NCBI GenBank assembly: GCA_020137815.1
Contig: CM035357.1
Span: 992,001 to 1,056,000 of the forward strand
Source of the DNA: Hormiphora californensis
Taxonomy: Eukaryota; Animalia; Ctenophora
Direction: 5' to 3'
Length of the DNA: 64,000 bases
The translations under genes were made by a program, and so were the position numbers. Position 1 is the first letter of the stretch, and the number at the start of each line of letters is the position of its first letter. Positions 40,301-53,034 of this stretch are shown in pieces. Under the pieces are notes generated by a model. That model ran no database searches. It saw nothing but the letters and a program-made list of their open reading frames with translations, and was not told the DNA's origin.

Positions 40301-43300
40301 ATGAGTCAATGGGGAGACCCTGAGTACGTAGCGGGGAGTGAGTTAGATGGGATCTATAGTGATATCCAGGGGTATGGCGATCTTGGTGAGGATGAGGAAG
40401 TAAACCTTGACTCACCAAACTCTCGGGCCAGCACCCACAAGTCCGTCATTCAGAAGGTAGGGCCAGCACCCACAAGTCCGTCATTCAGAAGGTAGGAGTG
40501 AAGTTTCATACAGTTACCATAGCAACGTGATATATGATTGCCATGGTAACCTCTGCAGATGATAACTGGTCTATTGGAGGATGAGGAGGAAGATGATGAG
40601 GAGGAGGAGGAGGACATTTGGACACAAAATAATGACCAACTAACGTCCAAGTTAGTTGTTCCATCTTTGTACAACTCTGTGGTGTATTTTATGCTTTCAG
40701 GAACTTACTACAATTTTCTTACAATCTCTTATCCAGTTATCCATGTCATGTTTAATTTCTCACTGCTTGCAGATATCTGAGCGAGTACGAGAAAGACACA
40801 GACTCAGCAGTGGATTTTTCAAGGGCCGCTATCAGCTTGGAATCAAGTAACAAGGTTTGTTTTTCTGTGTCTGGAACTAAGAAGGTACCACGAACACTGC
40901 ACAGTTCGTGGAATATCGTTTTACAAGGAGAGCCAGCCGTATCTATCTAATATTTATAAACCGGGGTAACACAGTGAGACGGCATCAAATACCGAGAGAG
41001 CTCAATCTTCGGTGCGGGAGCGGGTATTAAACCGGGGTCACCGAACAAAGCAATACATTTTAGTATCTAACAGGGATTCACCAGGTAATGAAGAACATGG
41101 CGCTAACCCTGGACTACAAGGATACTGTTTGGGTGAGGTCCAGATTCAACAGGCTGGTCTGTGTGCACCCCATCCTGGACCCAGATACAGGGACGTGCTA
41201 CTGTGGCAGAGAGATGGAGGAACATAGGGATGAGGTAAGTGTCAAGTGTGTCATGTGTACTGACCAGGCCATAGTCATGAGCGAAGTATGTGTGCTTCTG
41301 ATTGAGACTCTATGGTGCCCAGCAGCATTTATCCGCCGTGTTCGGCCGTGTTATTGTTAAAACACATTTCAGCCGTCTCGCCCGAGAGATGAAAATGCAA
41401 GTCCAGTGGTTGAATGGAACGATGAGGATTGTTTGGAGGAACGACCAACCAACGCACTGGGGAGGGCACTTTTCAGTGATGACGACCATCTGGCGTCCAG
41501 GTATACTCAGTTTACATTTTGCAACACTAAACAATACGTACGGTACAGAGAAACAATGTGATAAACGGGGGGAGGGGTGTGATAAGCGATACACTTTCAC
41601 ACAGGAAAACGTGCATTTTGAACTGTTCATTACAGCCGATGTACACTTCATCATAGTTCAAGTCGATACTATGATAATATGTCACTAACTAATTCTCCCA
41701 TGCTAAGATATGTATGCAGCTATGACACTAATTTAATCCCCCCCCCCCTAAGATATGTGCGGATGACAGATGACACGGAGATGAGATCAGTGTTTCAGCT
41801 GTGCAAACAGAAGTGGAAAATGAACACCCCTGGTATGGTGATCTCTACCATCGGAAGCATGGAGAACTTCACACTGACACGGTAAGTAGGAGAATATAAT
41901 CTTTCAGAGCGTTGGCGGAGCGAGTGAGAACCGTGGTCGGAGTATTGGCCTGGGTGGATATAATGGGATATTTCATTCATTATTAATTTCATTCAGTCAG
42001 TTCATTCCGATAACAAATTCCGATTCCCACTACTAAATAACATTTAATTCCCGTACACACAGCGAGCTAGAAGATCTTATCAAGCACGGTATAATAAAAG
42101 CAGTCAGCAAGACGGCTGGGTGGGTTTTATCTGATGGCCTGGATATGGGATATAGCAAGGTTATTGGAGATGCAGTTCACAGATACGGATATCCAATACC
42201 ATGTGTGGGGATCGCACGTAAGTTGTTGCCGAGTCGGTTTTTAGTATCTGACAATGGCCGCGGAGGGGTTATAAATACTAAATACAACGTTTTAGTAGAG
42301 TTGGTAGGTCACTTCTCAGTAGTCAGTACTCATTGTTTCACAACACACATCCTACATATTTCACCGATATCTACTAATCACAGTTCAGGTGTTTGTTAGA
42401 TAAATCATTTAATCTACTAATCTTCCAGATTGGGGCCAGTTGGAATCAAAACGAGATCTTATCTCCGCTCGATCGACAGCATCAAAACTCTACGAGAGGA
42501 TAGCGTATTTACGATACAAGAGGGATGGAGGGGAGGGTACGATGATTCGACTGGAACCCCATCATACCCACTTTCTACTCATAGATGATGGTAAGATGAC
42601 CATATTAGGACATCTACCTTGAGTCGCCTGACACTGTTTCCGTGCATGAACATTTCAAATATGTATGAACAATTCAAATACCCGCTAAGTCTGATTGTAG
42701 GCGACTCAACTAAACCGGAAATTCTGTAGGACAGGAAGGTATACCGGGGACAGGGCGACAAGAAAATAGGAATGTTGACAGGTTCAAGAGACGATTTGAA
42801 CAATTTGTGACTGAGGAGCTGAACATTCCTCTAGTTGTGGTTCTACTACAGGTATGACCCTCTTTAGCGGTGCTGGTATCAATTAGTGCTTGGCCACCGT
42901 GTGTAGGGTCCCCAAAAGGGGTTCATTGTTCAAGCCCATGGCATAGCAACCGCTTTTATCAAATCAAATCAATCAATCAATGCTTGCCTAAATGTTTCCT
43001 AATGCTCCTTTCTCGGAACGTGTTCGTCTAGTCATCACGCCACTATGGGGTCAATTCCGGTCAGCTCGCGAAATGCCGTGTTTTTGGCCCCAGAATGCGC
43101 AACAGAGCTTTAAATCTCGACCCTGTTGCGCGTTTTACACATAAAATTGGCGCTGGAAAGCGATATTTTAGCATAAATACTGCAAAAAGTCAAAGTTCGC
43201 TTGCCCGCACCCTCTTAAATTTGGCTACAGACTATCCAGTACAATCCCCTGATCATTCTGGTACCAAATATGTCCACGCTCCGAATAGCGAAAAAAATCT

Positions 43301-46300
43301 GCTTCATTTTAAAGTTTTCAAATGGCTCTCATTCTCTCATTTTGCAGATTATACTAGATCCAAGTTTGGTCTCATTTTGTGTGCCAAACGATGGACCACA
43401 TGTTAGACCCGTTTTCATGGCCATTAGAAATCACACGCATTCATAGCGGCGTCTGTTTTGGGTGGCATTTCCTGCGCTAAAAACGGCATATTTTGCGAGC
43501 CTAACCGGAAAAATGCGCGTTTTGACCCCATAGTGCACACGTCGCGGGCTGCCCCGCCAGCCCTCCAAACCCGGGTGAACAAGCTAACAATAGTGCAATT
43601 ACATGCGCGCGATGTAGTATATCGCATGTAATTTCACTATTGTTAGCTTGTTCACCCGGGTTTGGAGGGCTGGCGGGGCAGCCCGCGACGCACGATGACT
43701 AGACGAACACGTTCCGAAAATGCAGCATAAGAAACAATTTTCAAGAAGGTAGGAAATGCTTCAATTACCACTTCACAGGGAGACCTCGCCTCTCTGAGGG
43801 TGGTATACAAGCATCTCAGGGATGGGGTGCCTGTTATAGCAGCTGTTAGGAGTGGAGGTATGGCTGATATACTGGACTACCTAGTCAGACACATGCAACA
43901 CGATGCCAGGTAGGAAACACTAACAAAACAAGCTATTTAGGACGGTTTTGACTTTTGGGATTTGGGATTGCGTTTACAAATGCCAAAGTTATGACAACTG
44001 ACTTGGTATGCATACAACACAAAGATGCAAAATAAAGGCAGAAGAGAGGGAAGAGAAAGAACCCATATAGCATGAAATGCGAGAAGAGTTTTTAGTAAGG
44101 TGTAACGTTACACCCGATTCTTACTGCACATCTTCCCGTAGGAATATTTTGGGAGAAACGCACAAACATATTTCTTTTCGTACTTAGAAAAGTCAACCTA
44201 AGCATGATCAACGTCTAAAACGACTAAAATGACCAATTAGTCATGATTAGTAACCCCCTATTTGTTTCCAGTGACCCAGATCAGGGTATGTGCAGTTGCC
44301 AAGAGAAGCCTGGTACGGTGGCCATATGCCCCATCCTGAGGACCAAACTGAGAGACAACTTTCAGGAGTACGGGGAGGAAGAACTGGGAGATTGCCAGGC
44401 GATATTAACCAAAGTAAGGGTGTGAGCCAGGGGAAAGGGTGTGAGTCAGGGGTGGATCCAGGGACAATTAGATGGGTTTTCTAGTTGCTTTTGAGAGAAT
44501 TGAAGGGGGTTCGGGGGGAAACTAAACAAGGTGAGAGAGTTATTGAGTTGATACAGAATGGAATAACAAACTATAGATTAGCAAAACTGTTACAAAACAA
44601 ATAAATTATATAAACTGTTACAAACAAAATACCAAATATTAATAAATTAATTATCTAACAGATTGTAAGTGTGTTGGAGGGACTCTCTTTTTACGATCAG
44701 CTCCAAGTGGACCCATTTGATGGAGCCATCCTGAAGGCGCTCCTCAATAAAAATACTGCAACACTGCGGAGTCAAATGGAACTGGCCCTCAAATGGGAAA
44801 GGTTGGTATAATAGTCGGACCTCGATTTACCGGGCAAAACCCTTTCCCCGCACATCCCTGTAAATCCGTGTCCGACTGGAGTCAGTTTATTAAACCATTT
44901 TGGTAGTTCCAAACAAATGATAGTAAGAGTCCCTAGGCACCCCTTCTGGATGAGATTTGAGAGTTAACCTCCACAACTTGGTTTCTCATTCGAGCGTAAG
45001 ACGTCTTCAGTTGATCTGCCTTGTAGTTCAGCGCTCCAAGGTGGTTACTATGCGCTCTATCATTCGCTATTTGCCTCTCACCCAACTTGGTTTCTAATTG
45101 TCTAATAAGGTTTCCAACGTGGGTGCTATCGGTTGTCATGGCTTGTAACTCACTCTCCTGATCCTTGATTGTAGCATCAAGGGATAGGATGTTTTCCGTT
45201 AGGGCTTGTTTCTCAATCTCCATGTTAGCGACTTCCTCAGTCAATGAGTTCATGGCATCTTGACTAACAAACCGGGAGTTAGCTGCCTCGATTACCAAAC
45301 ATCTCTCTTTTGCTCTGCTCGAAATTGCATTAAATTTGTCCTCAACGGACTTTATTTTCCTGTTGATTCTCTCCAGAGCGGTCTGGTTTGTGATCAAGCT
45401 ACTGTTAGCCTTCTCGATCTGATCACAACACTGGGGAATCTTGTCTAGCCCCAGCATCTCCACCTCGTCTCGCAACAAACAGCAGCCCTTTGAGACATTC
45501 AGTTTCCTTTCTCGTCTCTTCTGGTGTTCGTCTTCCAGATAGCTGAGTTTACCTTGGATTGCAGCAAGATCTAAGTTCAGTGAGTTGATGGTTGCTTGTT
45601 GTGTTTCGTGAACTGTGTGAAGTGATGCTACCATGTCATCGATCGACTCCTCACTTTCTCCCGCTAACTCCATCATGTTCATGTGAGGCTAGAAGAGGTG
45701 AATTGGGCGAGTGAAGTTACATAGTATGTACATTGTACATACTTTTTACTTTCTAATGTTCATATTTTCAGGCTTGATATAGCGCAAGATATCGTCCAAA
45801 AACATGAACAGACAAGTTTGAAGACCCAATACGCCCTCTCCCTGACCCTCTTCAACGCGTTATCCAACGATCGACCTGATTTTGTAAAGTTTCTACTGTC
45901 AGCAGGAGCTGATGTTCGACATGTTCAACAGAATATCGAAACACTGATCAGTAAGGAAGTTTCCTATTTAGAATCTCAGTCCAAATCTAGTTTTCTAACG
46001 GAGATTCGGTTCCTTTATCGACCCTATCTCTTCTACAAATGTAAAGGAGGTTTAAAACTATCCAATTTTCAGGTAACAATACCCCGAACCATTTCACGAG
46101 GCTTCTAGAAAAACACTCTTCATATGAAGTTGTCCAAGACATGTTACAATCCCAAGAGGACGAGGATGAAATTACTGACGATGGACCGATGAAAACGAGG
46201 CGTGGAGGAAGGAAGACGGGACAGGCACGGGTGACTCTGGAAGTGTTCGATGAGTTACTGCAAAGAGTCATTGGCAACTGGTATCTACCCCGGACGGGCT

Positions 46301-48722
46301 TTGAAACGGATCCCTTCTACGAAATAATGATCGTTTGCATTATGTTCCTTAGGTGAGGAAACATTCAATATTAATCAATGATCTGTGGACTGTTAGCATC
46401 AGATCTATTTCAATTTGACGACCACTATTTATATTCAAGGCCAATATCGGCCGACCCCCCCCCCCCAAAATAATTTGACGACCTGCCACCATTCTCAGGG
46501 AGGATTTAGCGGTGTTGATGTGGTCGAGAACAAGGCAGCCTTTAAAAGCAGCCCTGGCAGCGCTTTACGTGACCCACCAGCTCAAGAAATGCGCTACATA
46601 CGCCATTGGTAAGAAATACAGTCCTGGGAAAAACCAAAACTTGGTCTATCCATTGCACATGTAATTCTTTTGAAACACCAACGGGGGCGTTTTTCACTCA
46701 CACCAGATTATTCTCCTAGGCTCTGACGAGAAAGTTATCATAAAAGCAATGCACAGAAGGTTTGAAGATGTAGCAGTAGGGACAATAAACGAAGCATATC
46801 TAGACGACCCTAAAGTCTGTATAATCAGTATGAATGTACCCTGGGAAAGGTTTAACAACTGTTCCTTGCTTAATATTGCGTGGGGAGCCCACAGTAAAGC
46901 TGTGCTGGGAACCCGACCAGCGCAGGAGATACTTAACAAAAGGTGGAGAGGTGGGATTAGGAGGCATGTAGCATTCTTCAAAACGTTCTTTGTGTCTCTC
47001 TTCCCGTTCCTGCTGGTATTCCGGGAAATCATACCGTTTCGACCACACGTGCTCTACCAGACGCAGAACAGGGAAGCGGAAAGGATCTCAAAACGAACAA
47101 ATAGTCTCCGGAGGGAAGGGTTTGATGGGTGGGTTACAAGAGTCAAAGAGTTCTATAACTCCCCCTACATTAAGTTCCAAAACCATGCCTTCTTCTACAT
47201 TCTCTTCCTGGTCCTCCACATTTATGTGACGTTGTTCAAGTTGAAGAAGACATGGGAAATAGACTGGAGTATGGGTGTGCTATTTGGAATGGTAATCTTG
47301 TATGTGGTGGAGGAGCTACGGGAAATACTAACATATGATCATCGGTTCAGACAGAGCTACCTGGAAAGCGCATGGAACCGTATTGACGTTGTCATGTATC
47401 TTCTCTATCTTATCAGCTTGACATGTTTCTTTGGTGGCATCTCCTACGATTTATCGAGGGTTCTCCTTTGCACCAATACGCTGGTCCTCTTCACACGTCT
47501 CCTGTTTGTCTGCAATGCCATCCCAGAGCTGGGAACTCTGTTGTTGATCCTCAGGGAGATGATGAGTGATTTGTTTAATATTGCTCTCTTGATGCTAATT
47601 ATTTGTCTGGGGTACGGTGTTGCGCTAATGGGAGTTCTCGTGGATCCAGCATACTTTGCCACTCACAACCTGTTTGGGATCTTCTTCTTTCCGTACTTCC
47701 AAATATTTGGAGAGATGCACTTTGATGAGCTGGTAAACGCAACTAAGACCATTAATGGAGAGGAGAAGTCGGTGTACCTGGCATCCACTGAGGAACTAGC
47801 GGAACTAGGTGAGTACTGAGTTATAAACTAGCTACCAAGATGAAGTTATTACTACATTGTGGGGGGGGGGGGGTGACACGTAACACTTTGCAGAGAACGT
47901 TTTGTGCACGTTACATGTTACAAAGTGTTACATTTTCCAATGTTACATGTGTCTCAATTAACTTTCTCCAGGGGAAGGGACTGATATCAATTTCATCCGG
48001 GTAACGTCGATCCTGTTGATGGCAGTGTTTATGATAATTGTAGCTGTTGGATTTATCAACCTTCTCATTGCTATGTTTAGTGACACTTACCGCCGAATTA
48101 AGGTATGTAGTTTGGAGTGCCACGAAGAACTGTGAGCAGGCAATGGGCAGGTGTTTGTTTGTCATTACTCATTTGTGAGTGATACGTCTGGATTCTGGAA
48201 ATACTAAACCCGCTCATTAGCGCATGATTAGGCGGATAACAGGCGTTTTATTCTGCATTTCAAACGCATACCTTCAAATATTTATTACCTTTCATTCATA
48301 TCTTAAAACAATTTTTACTTTTCAGGACGACCAGTTGAGTGTGTGGAAGTACATGAGATTTGGGATATGCATCGACTATGAGACGGCTAACATCACCCCT
48401 CCTCTGAGCATCCTATTTTACATCGCCTACTTCATACATTTGATATTTGGAAAGTTCTGTCGTGGGAATCCACCCGCTAAAGATCCAGAACAAGTCGAGA
48501 ATGAGAGCAGGATTATGCGGTGGAAAGATCACGTGCTTGTTAGTTTAATGAAAGAAGCATCCATTTCGTATCTCCGTAAGAAGGGTCCTCTTTGAGATGA
48601 ATATCAGGAAGGCAATGGCAGATTCCTCGAACATACACGGATCAGGTTGCCATGTTGAACCTCCAAAATCGAATGCTGAAAGCGAAGCAGCTCAAGCTGA
48701 AAAAGAATTCCACGCTGAGTAA
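40301..48722 (+). CDS. TRPM-family cation channel, multi-exon
   Basis: Motifs: CYCGR, YVRM..W.M..PGMVISTIG, LEPHHTHFLLIDDG, IPLVVVLLQG, DGAILKALL, LALKWERLDIA, NDRPDFVKFLL, FYNSPYIKF, WNRIDV, PYFQIFGE, NLLIAMFSDTY, TRP box WKYMRF. The stop is at 48595 as read, or at about 48722 if one T near 48590 is an error. Confidence 0.92.
43013..43717. mobile_element. Palindromic (fold-back) MITE interrupted by a second element
   Basis: 43013-43036 pairs with 43694-43717; 43540-43690 is a near-perfect hairpin. Confidence 0.8.
43041..43535. mobile_element. Transib-like MITE nested in the fold-back element
   Basis: TIR CACTATGGGGTCAA; flanks CACGC and CACAC (probable 5-bp TSD with one mismatch). Confidence 0.65.
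44933..45682 (-). CDS. 249-aa coiled-coil protein nested antisense in a TRPM intron
   Basis: Uninterrupted heptad-rich ORF filling most of the roughly 970-nt intron (about 44802-45771); acceptor-like CTCTTCTAG 6 nt before the ATG. Confidence 0.75.
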   Translation of the reverse strand: MNMMELAGESEESIDDMVASLHTVHETQQATINSLNLDLAAIQGKLSYLEDEHQKRRERKLNVSKGCCLLRDEVEMLGLDKIPQCCDQIEKANSSLITNQTALERINRKIKSVEDKFNAISSRAKERCLVIEAANSRFVSQDAMNSLTEEVANMEIEKQALTENILSLDATIKDQESELQAMTTDSTHVGNLIRQLETKLGERQIANDRAHSNHLGALNYKADQLKTSYARMRNQVVEVNSQISSRRGA

Positions 48723-49602
48723 AATAAGGTTCAGAGCTAAGAGTAGGGCAGCACCGGGCAGCAGGAAGCAGAGTGTGGCAGTTTCTCAGAGTGGGAGGAG
48801 TTGGGGAGGTTGGATCAAAGCAATGAGGGGAGGTGACCGACCTGAAAAACATTCTGAACCAAATGTAGATGTGTAATTGTTGGACAATATAATGTTTTGT
48901 TATTGTTGGATAATACTGTTTTGTAGCTGTAGATTCAGCAAATTATAATGTATATTGTAAATACCTAGCCTTATCAAACAGGACCTCAAAACTAATATGT
49001 TTTTTGTTTTATTTTCCAAATTGGTTGCTTAGCAACCTCTAGTTAGTGGCTGGAAATCGGAATGATGGAAACATGTACGAAAGAGACCGGTGACCTATTA
49101 AAACGGAAAAACCGCACTTCCTTGAAATCTTAGGCCTTAGCTTGTTTTGTGAAATTTCCTCTCAGTAGTAACTCGTAAACTGTCTGCCTTCCAAATGTAC
49201 TGTCTGCCAAATGTCTGCCAAATGTACTGTCTTCCAAATGTACTGTCTGCCAAATGTACTGTCTGCCAAATGTTCTGCCAAATGTACTGCCAAATGTACT
49301 CTCTGCCAAATGTCTGCCAAATGTTCTGCCAAATGTAATGTCTGCCAAATGTCTGCCAAATGTTCTGCCGAATGTCTGCCAAATGTACTGTCTTCCAAAT
49401 GGCTGCCATAAATGTCTGCCTTCTAAATGTCTGCCATAAATGTCTGCCTTCTAAATGTCTCCTTCCAAATGTACTAAATCATCCAGCTTGCCCTGCTTAC
49501 CCCACCCGTACCCCCTCCAGAGGCCTTCCCCGGTTTGAACAAAACAACCTCCGGCCTCCTTGGCCATTATGTGATTCTAACAGCTGATGATTTATAGTTT
49601 TA
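48721..49602 (+). repeat. About 880-bp segment duplicated at about 50690-51580 (TRPM 3' region plus CTGCCAAATGT-repeat element)
   Basis: Near-identical direct copies with scattered substitutions in the first 250 bp. Confidence 0.92.
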
Positions 49603-50236
49603 CAGAGATTACTCGTTCGTTACGTTGCATTTCGTTTCACTTTTGCTTGTCTCAGACACCAAAAAGGGCTGTTTTCCTCAATAAAATACAACTCAAATCT
49701 GTCTTTAGTTCTCATTTCCATCACACATGACCTCCCAGTTACCACTGAACTGTCTCTCGGGCCTGGCCTGGTCTCATCACTAAATTACAGCTACATTTTT
49801 GTCCAATATTACCCCCCGCCCCACCCCCACCCGCCCTCCCCCACCCACCTCTCCCAATATAGCGGACATTGCTAAACACCACACTACAGAGACAATCCTT
49901 GTGTTTTGGTGCACTAAGTCGCTTATCGCGTGTAACAACTAACAAATGTTCTTATCTATCTCATCCGAATTGTCTTCTAGAACATTTTATACTTTAGTGG
50001 TGCTACAATCTGTCCTACCCCTTATTTGTGTTTGATTGTTCTCGTTTATCTTTATCTCTAACGGAAAAGGATACACCTCTCGGCTCTCATCTCCATTCCC
50101 ATCACCAACCAACATCACGGTAACAATCATCCATCAAAATTCTGTAAGTTCACCTGTTCGTATTGTCTGTTCACAGATTGTGTAAAGTTTATATTGTGAA
50201 TGTAATTGACTATTCAAAACACGGTATACATCGGGA

Positions 50237-50445
50237 TTCCAGACCCAAACTCAAGACATTCACAAAGGCAAAACGTTACCTTGTTCCAGACCAAACTAAA
50301 CTCAAGACACTCACAAAGGCAAAAAGTTACCTTGTTCCAGACCAAACTAAACTCAAGAAACTCTCAAAGGCAAAACGTTACCTTGTTCCAGACCAAACTA
50401 AACTCAAGAAACTCTCAAAGGCAAAACGATACCTTGTTCCAGACC
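50237..50445. repeat. 48-bp minisatellite, about 4 copies
   Basis: TTCCAGACCAAACTAAACTCAAGA..CTC.CAAAGGCAAAACGTTACCTTG repeated. Confidence 0.9.
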
Positions 50446-51735
50446 CTGTAACTTTATAGGATAAAGCTTGCGTAATCATTGAAATCTATGTATTATTATG
50501 ATCAGTTTTTAACTATCTAAATGACTGACCAAGACAGACACAAGACAAGCGTAGGGCCCTCCAATGTGCACTGCTCTCCCTTGAATTTTCAAGGGAGTTC
50601 GTACGGAGGGTTCCAGGCTATGCCGTCTATACCCGGGTGGTATGAGACTTGGTACGCCTTAGCTTAATGCCCCAAAAAAAAAAAAAAAAAAAAATAAGGT
50701 TCAGAGCCAAGAGTAGGGCAGCACCGGGCAGCAGGAAGCAGAGTGTGGCAGTTTCTCAGAGTGGGAGGAGTTGGGGAGGGTGGATAAAAGCTATGAGGGG
50801 AGGTGACCGAGCTGAAAAACATTCTGAACCAAATGTAGATGTGTAATGGTTGGACAATAATGTTTTGTAATTGTTGGATAATACTGTTTTGTAGCTGTAG
50901 ATTCAGCAAATTGTAATGTATATTGTAAATACATAGCCTTATTTAACAGCTTGTCTCAGGGCCTTAAAACTAATATGTTTTTTGTTTTATTTTCCAAATT
51001 GGTTGCTTAGCAACCTCTAGTTAGTGGCTGGAAATCGGAATGATGGAAACATGTACGAAAGAGACCGGTGACCTATTAAATCGGAAAAACCGCACTTCCT
51101 TGAAATCTTAGGCCTTAGCTTGTTTTGTGAAATTTCCTCTCAGTAGTAACTCGTAAACTGTCTGCCTTCCAAATGTACTGTCTGCCAAATGTCTGCCAAA
51201 TGTACTGTCTTCCAAATGTACTGTCTGCCAAATGTACTGTCTGCCAAATGTTCTGCCAAATGTACTGCCAAATGTACTCTCTGCCAAATGTCTGCCAAAT
51301 GTTCTGCCAAATGTAATGTCTGCCAAATGTCTGCCAAATGTTCTGCCGAATGTCTGCCAAATGTACTGTCTTCCAAATGGCTGCCATAAATGTCTGCCTT
51401 CTAAATGTCTGCCATAAATGTCTGCCTTCTAAATGTCTCCTTCCAAATGTACTAAATCATCCAGCTTGCCCTGCTTACCCCACCCGTACCCCCTCCAGAG
51501 GCCTTCCCCGGTTTGAACAAAACAACCTCCGGCCTCCTTGGCCATTATGTGATTCTAACAGCTGATGATTTATAGTTTTAACACACTTCTCAAATTGAAC
51601 TACTGCTACTGCTGATGATTTATAGTTTTAGCACACTTCTCAAATTGAACTACTGCTAATGATTGGTGTCTCCTTGTGAGTATCATAAAACTGATAATAT
51701 AGACTGAAAAACCACCGTATAATAATTACCAGGAC

Positions 51736-53034
51736 ATGGCTATATTTAGTGAGGGTGGCACCTCACTCCCGGATTTCCCCCTCATGGTGAGTTTCCTCCT
51801 TCTTCCCCTCATTTCAATACCCCTCAACTGCCTGGTTCTCTATCACAATCACAAGAAACGATCCTCAGTCGCCCGAACTCTTTTCCTCATCCTCGCCGTG
51901 GTTGATCTAATTGCGTGCCCCTATCTTGCATGGAGACAAGCTCTCGGGCTGTGGAAACCGAAAGATCAAGACTGTTGGTCAAGCGATCAGAAGGGAATTT
52001 GCTCGGAACGGTATTACCTTTATATGCAGCAGAATGGAACGATTCCCTGTGCAGTTTATACCATCGGCATGTGGTTTGTCTCATATGGGCCGATACAAAT
52101 CACTGGTTTTCTTAGTCTAGCGAGATTGCTACAAGTGACCCAACCCCTCCGACGGATTCGCAGACGTTACTTCGTTGAACCTCTACTCGTATTGTTTAGC
52201 CTCAACATTATCCCATTTGTTGTCGCGTATCCCTTAAACTGGCCAGAATCTGTCATATTCACGACTTATTCACAGACGTGTAATCTGATGCTTGGATCTA
52301 CAATTGGCGGTTTCTACTTTTCAAGAACTCAGTTTGTACAATTCTACGGCTCAGTAATTGCAACAATTCAGGTTATTGGAGTGGTCTCAAGCGTTCTGAC
52401 ATTATGCTACATGGCATGGATATTCAAAAACCCGGTATCAGCTACTTCACCTCGTTCAATTAAAGGGACGCTGAAGATTCTGCTAATGAACACTGTTAGC
52501 TTAGTTAGCTTCGGTCTTGTAAGTCTGATAAACATTCTTTACTCGACCAGCAACCTACAACCATCGAGAACTTGGGAAGACCTCACCGTAGAAATGGGTG
52601 AACGGACATTAACATTTACTGTTCTCTACTACATCACCATACTGGTGACCCCAGTGGTTAGTTCAGCATTAAACCCAGTCATTTACCTTGCTCTGACTGA
52701 AGATGTGAGAGGGAGGCGAGTTAGATCGAAAAGCTCAGTATTTGGATCTAATCGCGGTAAAAACTCTACGATAAGAGTTAGAAGTATGAGAAATACCCAG
52801 ATAAATCCAATACACAGGCCAACAAGGGTCACGTATAACGGCAATCTAGAACGTATCTTTCTACATGAAAAAGTGCTGAAACCTATACAACAACACGATG
52901 AAGTCAAGAGTTTTGTGGCTCGCACTGTCTGTGATCAGGGTTCCGTGGATCAAGTCAAGAGTTGTGTGGCTCACACTGTCTGTGATCAGGGTTCCGTGGA
53001 TCAAGTCAAGAGTTCCTTACCACCTGTCGTTTAG
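51736..53034 (+). CDS. Intronless rhodopsin-class (class A) orphan GPCR
   Basis: Seven hydrophobic segments; TM1 PLN, TM2 LAVVDL, TM3 LSLAR (DRY variant), TM7 ALNPVIY; 16-aa repeat in the C-tail. Confidence 0.9.
   Translation: MAIFSEGGTSLPDFPLMVSFLLLPLISIPLNCLVLYHNHKKRSSVARTLFLILAVVDLIACPYLAWRQALGLWKPKDQDCWSSDQKGICSERYYLYMQQNGTIPCAVYTIGMWFVSYGPIQITGFLSLARLLQVTQPLRRIRRRYFVEPLLVLFSLNIIPFVVAYPLNWPESVIFTTYSQTCNLMLGSTIGGFYFSRTQFVQFYGSVIATIQVIGVVSSVLTLCYMAWIFKNPVSATSPRSIKGTLKILLMNTVSLVSFGLVSLINILYSTSNLQPSRTWEDLTVEMGERTLTFTVLYYITILVTPVVSSALNPVIYLALTEDVRGRRVRSKSSVFGSNRGKNSTIRVRSMRNTQINPIHRPTRVTYNGNLERIFLHEKVLKPIQQHDEVKSFVARTVCDQGSVDQVKSCVAHTVCDQGSVDQVKSSLPPVV

Noticed and set aside
49130-49480. CTGCCAAATGT arrays and other regular repeats as CRISPR arrays or repeat proteins
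   Set aside because: No unique spacers, no cas genes and a eukaryotic context; the ORFs are open in all frames only because of the repeat.
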